64,000 nt of DNA from a virus (Duplodnaviria; Caudoviricetes): IMG/VR virus record IMGVR_UViG_3300017716_000997, positions 1,033-65,032 of that record; one strand, 5' to 3'. Made by a program: the position numbers and the translations under genes. The notes beneath the pieces were generated by a model. The model worked only from the letters and a program-made list of their open reading frames with translations. It searched no databases and was not told the origin of the DNA. This document shows positions 45,608 to 56,092 of the stretch, in pieces (the stretch's first letter is position 1; each line of letters begins with the position of its first letter).

Positions 45608-48600
45608 CTATTTTTTCAGTTGTTTTCTCATGCTTTCAACTTGTTCTGCCATATCAGACATTAGTATTCTCAAGCGATTCATTTCTGCCCGCTTCTCGTC
45701 TGCTGGAATATTTGGATTATTTTCAATTAATCTAGATTGTTTACGTAACTCAGAGAATTGTTTAGAGGTTTTATCGTATACCTTAGCAAGGGCAATATCA
45801 TTACCACGCTCTTCATAGATCTTTTGAACTTTCTCAGAATCACCTAGCTCAGCATAATGGCGCATATCAGCCAAGGCAGATTGCAAGTTAACATTATTCT
45901 GATAGAACTGGGTCATATATTTAGACTGAGTTTGTGGCTCGGTTTTAATAAAGCCCATCGCTACAGTATCAATTATTGGAGGGCGAACCTTTGTACCTTC
46001 TTGGAATGGCTCTACTGCTAAGTCTGCTGTAGAAGCTGCTGTAGCACCAAGCCAACCAAAGTAAGCTTTAATAGCATAGTCCATTTGAACCGGAGAGAAC
46101 CCTTGAGCTTGTGGATTAAATGTTAGGATCTTAGCCGCACCTTCAGATACTCCACCCAAGGCAATTGCTAATCCACTAGTCTTGCTGTTGATACGCTCTT
46201 GCTTAGATAAATTCTCCATACCACCAGATTCAATTGGCGCCCCAGTAAAGCTATCTTTATTAGCATAGAGATCAATTAATGGCTTGACCATCTGCGGAGT
46301 TGGATTTAATGAGAATGTATCCATCAAGATATGGTTTAAACGATCAGCAAATACTTTGCCTTCTACGTTCTCATCAGCAATCTGTTCGTATGTACGTTCT
46401 GCAATGGTGCCTAATGCGCCAATCTCAAATGGCTTAGGAATACGATATGCAGTATCACCAATCTTAAACCACCAGAAATTATCACGATCCCAATCTTCAC
46501 GGCGCTTGAAGTCTTCATCGTCCTTGTACATGTCATACAAGGCAAGAGAAGCCAGCATTACTGCACTAGATATGGTTGCAAAACGCATAGCCTTTTGTTT
46601 ATCGCCAATCTTTAATTCTGCCCCAGTTGTTGCATTGGAAATAACTCGATATGTAGGAGCTACGCCATCACGACCAAGCTTATAGAGACCCTGCAAGCGG
46701 GCATTAAAGAATGGAACTACAGATCCAATGACCTTAACAGCACGGAACTGACCTTGCATGGAGAAGTCCATAAGGTCACGAGCTGCATAAGAAGCCTCTA
46801 GGTGGCTCTTATTGCTATCAATTAACTTCTGATAAAGGGCTAGACGGTTGGCATTCTCAAACTTGTTTCCTTGTTCGTTGTACCAATTTAACAGATCGCC
46901 TAACTTACCTTTGATCTTGTCGGTTGTATCTAGAATCTGGTTAGCATTAACACCCTTGTCAACCAAACGTTTAATCAACTTAGCCTGGTTACCTTCATGG
47001 GCAGTACCCATTTCAAAGATACCGCCGCCAGCTAATGCCGACATAAACGTAGGATTACCTTTCTTGCTCATAGCTAATCCGTTATATACGTTACTAAACA
47101 TATTAGGGCCAAGCTCAGAAATTGCAGCAGACTGGATTGAGTCACGAATTAAGTTGCGCACCTTATATGCTGGCGACATAGTGATACCGTAACGCAAAGC
47201 ATTAGTAAATCCTCTAGCAATGTCTAGGAACTGAGACTTTGGGCCAAGGTATGAGATTGTGGATATAGCGTCAACTAAGTCTGGATCAGATAGCTCATAG
47301 TGAACTGGCTTACCATCCTTCATTACTTTAACTGAACCTTTTGGATACTTGCCGTCCATTGGCTTGACTTCTGTAGCGGCGCCCATTTTTACTGCAGCAT
47401 CAATCGTTTTGACGGCAGCTTGGTTCTTCATTGCGGCAGACAGAATATGAGACCAGTTCATTAGAACGTTCTCCATCAAGTCATTCAGCTTCTTCTCTCC
47501 ACCCTTAAGTGTTTTGCTGAACTGCTGACCTGTTAGCTTAGCTGCTGCGCTTACAGACTGGACATCGCCCTCTTCCATCATCTTATAAAAAGGAATGTAA
47601 TAGATATCACTAGCAAACTTGTCATAACCAGCTTGATCAATCAAACCTAAATCTTTAGCAATCTTTAATACAGATTTGTTTAATTCATTCTCTTCACGCA
47701 ATGCTTGCTCGTAAATTGCTTTGCGTGGTTTGCCGTTTAAGTTACCTTGAGTTAATTGATCACGACCAGCCACCAAGTCCGCAGGTAAAGAGCGCTTATC
47801 TGCTGGAAGATTAGCATCACGGCTTAAAGCTTTCCAGCTCTGGTATTGATCTACCTCAGATCCTACTGGCTCAAGAATCTTTAACAATCCTTTGGTGTTG
47901 GCTTTGATATCTAATGCGCCATCTCTTACAGAAAGATGACCATGTTCTAACAATCCCTGTAATCCACCATCAATAGACTTGGAAAGACGAGCCATCATAT
48001 AGGCAGTAGGATCGTACTTTTTAATAGCACGAAACTCATCAAACAATCCGGTTACCATACGCTCAAAGAAGTTTTCTCTTAAGCCATCCATCTTTTGCTT
48101 AACGGTAGCTTTCTCTTGAGTAAATGCGTTGCGTAACTTCTCCGCATATGCGGGATCTACACTTTGCATAGGGGCTTTAAACTTCTCACGGGATGGTACT
48201 TCTGCACGAGACACTGTAGATGTTGGGGCTGTCGTTGGTTTTAATTTACCAGCAGCAGCTCTTGCAAACACATCATCAGCAGTACGGGCGCCAGTATTCA
48301 TAATGGCATTACGCAGTGCGCCTAAGAACTGTCTTACCTTATTGGCAATCGCTTTGATGAATGGTTTCTGTTTTTGGTAATCAGCAAAGGCATGAGCAAT
48401 TGCTTCTTCAATTTGAATCTCTTGAGATTCTTTTCCATAGTTTTCAGCAATGTTGTATTTTTTCAACCATTCTGCCTTAGCCTGCTTCTCTAAGATAGAC
48501 CACTCTTTATCCGAGAACATACCAAGATCTTTCATGGCATGCAATGCTTCATGGTTCAGGGTGCGAATTGGATCCGAACTGGACATAGAAACACGGATCA

Positions 48601-50986
48601 AGTTCTGAAAATAGTCTCCGCTAATTTCATCTGATTTGCCTTCTAAAGTACGGATAATCTGTTCTTCAAACTTTAGACCAACATTCTTTAAGCCCATGCG
48701 ATCTAAAGCTTTTCTAAAGTTCTTAGCCATCTTCTTACCGTCAGCCATAAACTTATCTGAATAAGGGGTGGCAACTTCAGCACGATACGATGGTTGTACT
48801 GCTGGAGCTAATTGATCTGCTTGTGCAGTAGTTGGGATCTGCGCAGTTGGAGTTGTAGCTGGAGGAATGCCTTCTGGAATTGGGGCAACTTGTTGCTCAG
48901 AAACAACAGGCTCCATATCTAAGTCAGCTAATTCTTGTTGGCGTCTGTCAATCTCAGCTTGCAGTTGTTCTTGTTGGTTGTAGAGGATATCTATCTGAGC
49001 AAGAGCGTCTCTGTTTTCTGGAGTTGCAATGGTTTCTTTGTTATACGCAGCCTCAAGCTTACTGAGAAATGCTTTAACTCCACCAGTATCGCCAACACTG
49101 TCTAGCTCTTCTTGAGTCATTACCCCATCTTCTACTGCTCTAAGGGCTAAATCATCAACTGCGCTACCGTCTTTAGAAAAGAACTTTCTAGCACCGGCTG
49201 CAATTTTAGTTCCCTTGCCACCAGCACGAACCTCAAGAGCGTTTGGTAATGTATCAGCTACCTCAGATTCTTTAATTGGATTCTTCTTAATCCACTCTTC
49301 AAAATTAGTAGCTTTCTGTGAAACAGCCTTCTCTGCATTTGTAATCTCTTTAGCAATAGTCTTTAGATCTTCTCCAAGACCACGAGTCTCAAACGCAAAA
49401 ATATCTTTTTCAGTAGGATCAATTACTACATTTGAACTGTTTGGATTGAATGTTAGGGTTTTCCCTGTGACTGGATCTTTAACATTAACCTTGCCTTTGT
49501 CATTCAGGATACCTTCGTAGATCTCTACTTTGGGACCTTTTTGTACAGCAACGGTACGCATGCTAGTAAAGCTGGCTGCCTTAGCTTCTTCTGCAAGTAA
49601 TTCATCTGGGGACGGTGGGCGAATAACACCACCTTCAAATGGTGCATTAGCAAATGCTGACTGCTGCGCTCTTAATGCATCTACTTTAGCTTGCTGTGTA
49701 GCAACCTCTTGTTTTTTCTTATCGTAGAGATTGTTGAGCTTTTGCATTGCAGGAGAATACTTACGAGCCTCTGCCATGCGAGCAGCCATGACTGCTTCTT
49801 TGTCACCAAAGGTGGCATATGCTTCAGTGTTCTTTTGGTTGGCGTAATAGTTCTTGAGATAGTCAGCTTCTTGTAGCTTTTCTAAACTATCTGAAATATC
49901 TCCAGAAGGAGATACGTACATTGTTTGTGGCTCTTGGGCATCTGCTACAGAAATGTCTACAGGCTGTGGTTCATTAGTCTGTTGTGCCAATGCCTGTGCT
50001 GCCGCTAAATCACGACCAGCTTGAGCCTTATTGGATACACGACCAAGAATACCAATTGGGCCAAGCAACGATACGGCAAACGCTGTTTCACCGTACTCTT
50101 TAAGTGCGTCATCATTAGTAAGCGCTAATCCAGCCTGCGCTCTTTCAAGCATCTGCTGGGTTACTTCCGTTGGGATCTCTGCCAATACGCCAGTTGCAGT
50201 ACCTTTAAGGATTGTTGTAAGCAATGCTTCTTCTGCTAGCTTAGCACCACCACCGCCAATTAATTTTCCTACTGATGGGCCTAGTATTTTAGAAACAATA
50301 TTACCGCCTAAAGGTATCAACGTTCCTGCAACATCTAATGCAGCCATAGGAGCAGCTACACCAGCGGCTACCCCACGATTAATATCTAAGGGTTTACCCT
50401 CATCTTGTTGTGCTGCTGCTTGGCGTTGAATGTTACCGCCATACTGTTGAATAAATGAAGGGGCAAATGCGCCACCAATACCACCAACAACTGCACCTAC
50501 TGGACCTGCTATAGATCCTGCAGCCGCACCAGTTAAACCACCAGCTAGGGTTGCTCCAATATTAGGTGCTTGTTCTGCTAGTGCTGAAGGAATTTGACCG
50601 CCAAGCTCTTTAGCTGCAGCCAATAATCCTTGTTGCTTATAGACGTCTTGTAGGCGTTCTAAGCTAGCGCCAGTACCCAACCTACGTTGAATGTCTGCTT
50701 GACGCTCCTGAGCCCGCATAGCGGCTTCTTCGCCACCTTTTGTGATGGATTCATAAGCAGTCTGACCAGACGATTTAAGTTGCTCAAACCCACGCTTAAC
50801 ATCGGTAGTTAAACTACCCTTGGGTTCTGCCTTAGCGCCACCAGTTAAGTGCGCAATAATCTCGTCATCAGAATAACCAGATGAACGAGCGGCTGCAGCA
50901 TCAAAGCCCTTTTGTTGACCTAGATAGTCTGCAACTTCATTTGGAGTATACCCAGAACTTAAAGCGGCATTTACATCAAAAGCCAT
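45608..50986 (-). CDS. Large polyvalent internal virion (ejection) protein, 1792 aa
   Basis: N-terminal GYxxxEI repeats, helical membrane-like segment, central TLNHEALH...EEAIA zincin motif, C-terminal LPD38-like FWWFKIG..YRIPKPFEIG. Confidence 0.75.
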   Translation of the reverse strand: MAFDVNAALSSGYTPNEVADYLGQQKGFDAAAARSSGYSDDEIIAHLTGGAKAEPKGSLTTDVKRGFEQLKSSGQTAYESITKGGEEAAMRAQERQADIQRRLGTGASLERLQDVYKQQGLLAAAKELGGQIPSALAEQAPNIGATLAGGLTGAAAGSIAGPVGAVVGGIGGAFAPSFIQQYGGNIQRQAAAQQDEGKPLDINRGVAAGVAAPMAALDVAGTLIPLGGNIVSKILGPSVGKLIGGGGAKLAEEALLTTILKGTATGVLAEIPTEVTQQMLERAQAGLALTNDDALKEYGETAFAVSLLGPIGILGRVSNKAQAGRDLAAAQALAQQTNEPQPVDISVADAQEPQTMYVSPSGDISDSLEKLQEADYLKNYYANQKNTEAYATFGDKEAVMAARMAEARKYSPAMQKLNNLYDKKKQEVATQQAKVDALRAQQSAFANAPFEGGVIRPPSPDELLAEEAKAASFTSMRTVAVQKGPKVEIYEGILNDKGKVNVKDPVTGKTLTFNPNSSNVVIDPTEKDIFAFETRGLGEDLKTIAKEITNAEKAVSQKATNFEEWIKKNPIKESEVADTLPNALEVRAGGKGTKIAAGARKFFSKDGSAVDDLALRAVEDGVMTQEELDSVGDTGGVKAFLSKLEAAYNKETIATPENRDALAQIDILYNQQEQLQAEIDRRQQELADLDMEPVVSEQQVAPIPEGIPPATTPTAQIPTTAQADQLAPAVQPSYRAEVATPYSDKFMADGKKMAKNFRKALDRMGLKNVGLKFEEQIIRTLEGKSDEISGDYFQNLIRVSMSSSDPIRTLNHEALHAMKDLGMFSDKEWSILEKQAKAEWLKKYNIAENYGKESQEIQIEEAIAHAFADYQKQKPFIKAIANKVRQFLGALRNAIMNTGARTADDVFARAAAGKLKPTTAPTSTVSRAEVPSREKFKAPMQSVDPAYAEKLRNAFTQEKATVKQKMDGLRENFFERMVTGLFDEFRAIKKYDPTAYMMARLSKSIDGGLQGLLEHGHLSVRDGALDIKANTKGLLKILEPVGSEVDQYQSWKALSRDANLPADKRSLPADLVAGRDQLTQGNLNGKPRKAIYEQALREENELNKSVLKIAKDLGLIDQAGYDKFASDIYYIPFYKMMEEGDVQSVSAAAKLTGQQFSKTLKGGEKKLNDLMENVLMNWSHILSAAMKNQAAVKTIDAAVKMGAATEVKPMDGKYPKGSVKVMKDGKPVHYELSDPDLVDAISTISYLGPKSQFLDIARGFTNALRYGITMSPAYKVRNLIRDSIQSAAISELGPNMFSNVYNGLAMSKKGNPTFMSALAGGGIFEMGTAHEGNQAKLIKRLVDKGVNANQILDTTDKIKGKLGDLLNWYNEQGNKFENANRLALYQKLIDSNKSHLEASYAARDLMDFSMQGQFRAVKVIGSVVPFFNARLQGLYKLGRDGVAPTYRVISNATTGAELKIGDKQKAMRFATISSAVMLASLALYDMYKDDEDFKRREDWDRDNFWWFKIGDTAYRIPKPFEIGALGTIAERTYEQIADENVEGKVFADRLNHILMDTFSLNPTPQMVKPLIDLYANKDSFTGAPIESGGMENLSKQERINSKTSGLAIALGGVSEGAAKILTFNPQAQGFSPVQMDYAIKAYFGWLGATAASTADLAVEPFQEGTKVRPPIIDTVAMGFIKTEPQTQSKYMTQFYQNNVNLQSALADMRHYAELGDSEKVQKIYEERGNDIALAKVYDKTSKQFSELRKQSRLIENNPNIPADEKRAEMNRLRILMSDMAEQVESMRKQLKK

Positions 50987-50998
50987 ACTTACTCCAAA

Positions 50999-53098
50999 TT
51001 ATTTATTGAATGTGCCGATAGGGGGTCTATTTCCTGCAGGCGCAGTTTGTGTTTGTGTTGTTGGTTGTGTATAGCCAGATAATGCAAATAACTGTTTATA
51101 CACAGGATCATTATATATCGACTGTAGTGCCGCTTGATAGTTAGGATCCTTAGGCATTGGGATTGGGAAGCGATCTTGTAACGCCTTAAGCTTGACTTGT
51201 TCGTACTGACGCAAATCATCACGAGCTGCCAATACCTGCCTTTGAGAAATCTCGGACATTCTGACGCCACGATTTGCTTCTTCAATCCTCTCCCTCTGAG
51301 ATAAAGCAAGATCTTTGTATTCTTTTTCTAAAGCACGATTAGCGGCAGCAGATTCAGCAGCAGAACCAAACTTATACATACCAAGTTGTGCAGCCATAAT
51401 ATCTTTAGCTTGATCTTGTTCTTGTTTTTTCAGGGCGCCATATGTGCTAACACCGCCAGTAAGCGTATCTCCAAGTCCTTGTCCTAAGTATCTTGATCCA
51501 CTCTTTAACCCAGATCCTGCGGCACCTAATAATGAAAGACCTAACTGCATCTTCTTATTTTGAGCAACTTCTGCAGCTTGCTGTTTGATCATGTCTCTTA
51601 GTTCTTTGGCGTACATTTCAGCTTCAGATGGCTCTCTAGGAGCAGCCGGAGTAACGGCATCTTTTTCTGGAGAGTATTTATTGGCTCCAAAACCAATGTC
51701 ATAGTTCTCAGTAGATGGAACATAAGGAACTATTGCTGTTGGTGGCAAATTTCTATTGTTTTCAGAAATAGTTGCATAACGATTGCGTTCAGCAGGCGTC
51801 ATTTCTAAAGCAGCAGAAGTATCTTTTTTAGCTGCTGGCAAAGAAGTAATACCACTTACAGCAGGAGATCCAGCTTTATATTTGCCAGTCATAGCCTGAC
51901 GAATTTCAGACGGAGTAGCCTCTACAGATGGCTTTTCATTTTTGCTATAGTAGTTCGTACCAAAGCTACTAATATAATCCCTAGCTTTTCCTAGTGTATC
52001 AAGTGGGCTTCTTATTGCGTCAAACACAGCTCTATCAATTGGTCCCATTTCATACTTGTCATCATCTTCAACTTGGCTTCTATCTGGGCCATTGCCAGCG
52101 TAGCTTTTAATTCTTCCGCCGTTAGCAAAATGAGATATATATTTTTGGGTTTCTTTTGGAATCGGCAATGTTTTATCTGAAGCTAACCACTTCTTAACAT
52201 TACCAGGACCCCAATTGTAAGCCATAGCAGCAATTCGTGGATCTCTAAATTCTCTAAGCATAGCAATACCGTACTCATCGCCAACACGTTTTAATTCTTC
52301 TGGGCTACGATCACGAGCTGGAGTTACTCCATAACCAGGATCTTTTTGCGTTTTGCGCATTACTTGCATGATGCCTTCTGCACCTTTTGGAGAAGTAAGG
52401 ATATTACCCTTGGAATCAAAGTGTCGACCACGGCTTTCCAAGTGTTGTATTTTAGATAAGAATCCTTCAACATCTGTTTCTTGTGCATCTGGTCTAGCAG
52501 ATGATGCCGTTTTTGCCTGATCAAAAGACTGTGGCATAGCTGATCTTACAGCTTGAAAAGATTGTGGTACGGCTTCTCTTACAGCTTGAACTGCTTGAGT
52601 ACCTTTGTCAGCTAAACCACGAATACCACCAGCTACGCTAGATGGAAGAGCGTCAAGTAATTGGTCAAAGCGTGAGCTGCTAGATCTTTGTGGAAACAAC
52701 CGTGCCATCTCACGATCATCTTCTTCATCATCGTCTAAGCTAAGACCACCGCCGCCAGCAAATGCTACGATACCGCCAGCAGCCATACCTTGTGGCATGC
52801 CTGAAGGCAATTGAGTTACGCCAGGCTGATTCTCTGGGAGTTGCTGTGATTGTTGCATAGCTTGCAACATACGGGGATCAACTTGTTGGGGCGCCATTTG
52901 TTGTGGCGCTGCTTGTGCTAACACATCCTCAGCAACAGTTCCTGTAGGAGCCTGAGCTGGAGCTTGTAATTGTTGACGGCGTTGAATCTCAGCTAAAGCT
53001 AAGAACTGAGGCACTACGCTATTAGGATTCTTTGCATAGCCAACAAGAGTACCTTGAGGTACATCTTTTAATTGCTCTGATAATTGTGTAATGTTCAT
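50999..53098 (-). CDS. Internal virion protein with lytic transglycosylase (SLT) domain
   Basis: IQHLESRG, SPKGAEGIMQVM, AAMAYNWGPGNV, ETQKYI. Confidence 0.85.
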   Translation of the reverse strand: MNITQLSEQLKDVPQGTLVGYAKNPNSVVPQFLALAEIQRRQQLQAPAQAPTGTVAEDVLAQAAPQQMAPQQVDPRMLQAMQQSQQLPENQPGVTQLPSGMPQGMAAGGIVAFAGGGGLSLDDDEEDDREMARLFPQRSSSSRFDQLLDALPSSVAGGIRGLADKGTQAVQAVREAVPQSFQAVRSAMPQSFDQAKTASSARPDAQETDVEGFLSKIQHLESRGRHFDSKGNILTSPKGAEGIMQVMRKTQKDPGYGVTPARDRSPEELKRVGDEYGIAMLREFRDPRIAAMAYNWGPGNVKKWLASDKTLPIPKETQKYISHFANGGRIKSYAGNGPDRSQVEDDDKYEMGPIDRAVFDAIRSPLDTLGKARDYISSFGTNYYSKNEKPSVEATPSEIRQAMTGKYKAGSPAVSGITSLPAAKKDTSAALEMTPAERNRYATISENNRNLPPTAIVPYVPSTENYDIGFGANKYSPEKDAVTPAAPREPSEAEMYAKELRDMIKQQAAEVAQNKKMQLGLSLLGAAGSGLKSGSRYLGQGLGDTLTGGVSTYGALKKQEQDQAKDIMAAQLGMYKFGSAAESAAANRALEKEYKDLALSQRERIEEANRGVRMSEISQRQVLAARDDLRQYEQVKLKALQDRFPIPMPKDPNYQAALQSIYNDPVYKQLFALSGYTQPTTQTQTAPAGNRPPIGTFNK

Positions 53099-53100
53099 AC

Positions 53101-54255
53101 TTAACCTAATAATTGATGTAGTTTAATGTCTGCCAAACTAGATCCTGAGCTTTTAACAACCCCGCCTTTTGCATACTTTTTAACTGTGCCGCCTTTATTA
53201 AATGCTTTATACAATGTATATGCACCTAATCCACCTAGACCAAGATTTAAAGCTTGATTTGCTATGTTAGGAGGAGATGTAAATTGACTGTTTGTTTGTG
53301 ATGCACTTTGGAAAGGCAAGTTAGACATCATGGATTGCGCATACTGTTGTTGTTGGTATGGAAACATCTGTTGCTGCATACCAAACTGATTTTGCAATTG
53401 AAGTTGCGCTAACCTAGCTTGTGCTTGTTGAGCAGCAATATTACCTAATGTACCCCCAGCTTGAGTAGCTCCAGCGTAACCTTGCTGAGCGCCTTGAACA
53501 CCTTGCAAACCAACTTGTGATCCTTGCATAGCAGTACCAAGACCTTGCAAACCAACTTGTTGACCTTGCATACCAGTTTGTAAACCTTGCAATCCTAAGC
53601 CAGCGCCAAACTGTTGTGCTTGTTGTGCCGCTTGGAATGCTTGTTGTTGACCTGTTGCATCAATACCAGCTAAACGATTTTGTAAACCACGGTTGGCTTC
53701 TGCTTGTTGTAGCGTTAAACGGTTACCACCAAATGCTCCAGACCCAGCAGCTTGAGCCGCCATTTGTGGTGCTTGAATTTGATAATCACGAACTGCTTGT
53801 TGCTTCTGATAGTCAACTACATTTTTCATGTAAGGAGACATATACTGTTGCATAGCTTCTGGACTAGTAGCTTGCTGTGCATACATATCACCAGCACGGC
53901 TAGCTGCAATACCCATTGAAGATCCAAGATCACCATACTTAGTGCCTTGTGCGCCGTATTGGGCGCCTTGTCTTCCGTAATCTAAAGCAATTGGAACAGT
54001 GCTTAAGGAGCCTTTTCCACCCGCTTCAGCTAACGCCTGACCAGATGCAAAGCCACCAGGTAACTGTAATCCAGAAGCGCCAACATAGGACTGATTTAAT
54101 AACTCAGGAGTTTGCTGATTAGCAATAAGGTTCTGGGTAGCATTTAAATAGTTGCTAATGTAAGGTTGCGCCCAAGGCTGAATACTGGGCGTAGATGTTG
54201 TTGTAGACTGTGATTCTGGACTTGAGGTATCAATACCTTGTGTTGGAAGTGGCAT
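53101..54255 (-). CDS. DNA ejection/transfer protein (384 aa)
   Basis: Q/G/A-rich; YMSPYMKNVVD; GAFGGNR; C-terminal hydrophobic LGLGGLGAY. Confidence 0.7.
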   Translation of the reverse strand: MPLPTQGIDTSSPESQSTTTSTPSIQPWAQPYISNYLNATQNLIANQQTPELLNQSYVGASGLQLPGGFASGQALAEAGGKGSLSTVPIALDYGRQGAQYGAQGTKYGDLGSSMGIAASRAGDMYAQQATSPEAMQQYMSPYMKNVVDYQKQQAVRDYQIQAPQMAAQAAGSGAFGGNRLTLQQAEANRGLQNRLAGIDATGQQQAFQAAQQAQQFGAGLGLQGLQTGMQGQQVGLQGLGTAMQGSQVGLQGVQGAQQGYAGATQAGGTLGNIAAQQAQARLAQLQLQNQFGMQQQMFPYQQQQYAQSMMSNLPFQSASQTNSQFTSPPNIANQALNLGLGGLGAYTLYKAFNKGGTVKKYAKGGVVKSSGSSLADIKLHQLLG

Positions 54256-54258
54256 GGC

Positions 54259-55737
54259 TTAACCTTTTGGTAAAAATTTATTTGGATCGATTTGTTTGCC
54301 CTGCTTTTCATTTCCTGTGCGGGCATGGCGAATTCTATCCATCATCTTGTATAACTGTTTAGCGCCAGCATCAGTAGAGCCATTTCCTAAATGACTTACT
54401 ACATCGGCTGGAATTACAAATTCTCCATCAGCCAAAGCTGCTGGTTGACTATCTCCAATTTGAGCAGGAATGTTGTCAGACATACCATCTCCTGGGCCTT
54501 TCAGTAGGCGCCCACCATCAGAGTATGAACCAAGTGTAGAAATTCCGCCACCATTTCCATACATCATGCCGCCTTCTGCAGCACGTCTAGGATTGTAATT
54601 GTAGATTTGCGCATCATACAGTTTGCCGTAGTTTGGCTGGGAAAGCATAGTCGGCTGAATATAAGGTTGATTTGGCATTTGAACGGGCGCAGGAGATGGA
54701 CTTCTAGTGCTACCACCTTCTTGACCAGATGAACCATTTGCTGCGCTACTAAGGGTTTTAAGAGCCATATTAGCAGCCATCAACTGTTTAGCAGTCATAG
54801 GACCAGAGCTTTTTAAACCAATTTGTGCCGCCAATTCTGGAGATATACCAGGAAAACTACTACTAGCAGGGAACGCACCAGAAGAACTGCCTAAGCCAAG
54901 CTCCGCTGCTAATTCTGGAGATATGCCAGGAAACCCACTACTGGCAACTTCGGGAGCAATTGAAGTAATTCCAAGAGATGGGCTAGCAATAGGAGCGCCA
55001 ACAGTTAAAGCAGCAGCTTCGGGTAATGCAAAAGCTGGAGCAGCAAAAGTACTTCCTGTTATTTCAGCAAGAGGTATAGCAGAACTACTTAAAGCGGCCT
55101 CACCAGCAAGTTCAGCAGCAAGTGCAGGACCAGCTATGGCAGCGGCAGCGGCAAGAAAAGGTGCGTATGGACCAATCTTATTGGCAAACCCTTGAATACC
55201 ACCAACGTCTGGTTTAGGCGTATATTTACCATAAGCGCCTTTTAATTCCGTAGCAATTTGGTTTGGGTCGTATTCAGAAGCGGCTATTGAATTGCCTTCT
55301 TCGTCTACTTGTGGCTGGGCATTTTCAGCATAAAATTTAGCAGCACTTGGATCATCAACTAATTGATCTACAATAAACGCATAAGCATCTGGGTCTCTAT
55401 TAAGTGCATCAACGTTAGCTCGTAGCTCTTCAGTTGAGGGATCACGACCTAAGGTCGCTTTATATGCTCTAGTTAGATCTGATGCAAAGTTGTTAGGATC
55501 GTTATCAAATGGAGACCCCCCTTGAGCAAAACTAGCAATACCACCCTGAGCAAAACGAGATACAGCCTGACCAGTTAAAGGGTTAGTCTCTGGATCATAA
55601 TCAGAAATAGCGGCTTGGGCGCCCAATGGCAGTTGACTTGGCGTAGAGTACTGGCTACGGTCAAGCTGACTCATAGGGTACATACCCTTGTTCATAAAGT
55701 CGTACTGCCCTAAATCGCCGATGCCGTTAGAAGCCAT
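54259..55737 (-). CDS. Internal virion/ejection protein (492 aa)
   Basis: Ala-rich hydrophobic centre; C-terminal GPGDGMSDNIPA...LADGEFVIPADVVSHLGNGSTDAGA domain. Confidence 0.7.
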   Translation of the reverse strand: MASNGIGDLGQYDFMNKGMYPMSQLDRSQYSTPSQLPLGAQAAISDYDPETNPLTGQAVSRFAQGGIASFAQGGSPFDNDPNNFASDLTRAYKATLGRDPSTEELRANVDALNRDPDAYAFIVDQLVDDPSAAKFYAENAQPQVDEEGNSIAASEYDPNQIATELKGAYGKYTPKPDVGGIQGFANKIGPYAPFLAAAAAIAGPALAAELAGEAALSSSAIPLAEITGSTFAAPAFALPEAAALTVGAPIASPSLGITSIAPEVASSGFPGISPELAAELGLGSSSGAFPASSSFPGISPELAAQIGLKSSGPMTAKQLMAANMALKTLSSAANGSSGQEGGSTRSPSPAPVQMPNQPYIQPTMLSQPNYGKLYDAQIYNYNPRRAAEGGMMYGNGGGISTLGSYSDGGRLLKGPGDGMSDNIPAQIGDSQPAALADGEFVIPADVVSHLGNGSTDAGAKQLYKMMDRIRHARTGNEKQGKQIDPNKFLPKG

Positions 55738-55771
55738 ATTAATCCCTAATAATCTGTGTGAATTTTAACAT

Positions 55772-56092
55772 TTAAACCTTGACTTTCAAAACATTAGAGC
55801 TGGCTGTGTCAAGATATACATCGCCCACCCGTAAGTAAGCCAAATCAGCTTGTGTAGGAATACTAAGCACTCTAGCCCCAGTAACCACATTTGCCTGACT
55901 AAAGTTCAAGGCAGCAATAATTCTGGGGTTACCATTGACCACATTTCGCTGGGTAGACATAGCCGAAGGACCGGGGTTGTCTAACTGATTGAAATATAAC
56001 CTTAAAACAGCATTAAGCTGTTCTTGGTACTGCTGGCTATATTCTGTTGGCGCAGCAGGTAAGTTAGGGTTTTTAGTAGTTCCAGTACTCAT
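55772..56092 (-). CDS. Small tail-associated protein (106 aa)
   Basis: PNLPAAPTEYSQQYQEQLNAVLRLYFNQLD. Confidence 0.6.
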   Translation of the reverse strand: MSTGTTKNPNLPAAPTEYSQQYQEQLNAVLRLYFNQLDNPGPSAMSTQRNVVNGNPRIIAALNFSQANVVTGARVLSIPTQADLAYLRVGDVYLDTASSNVLKVKV

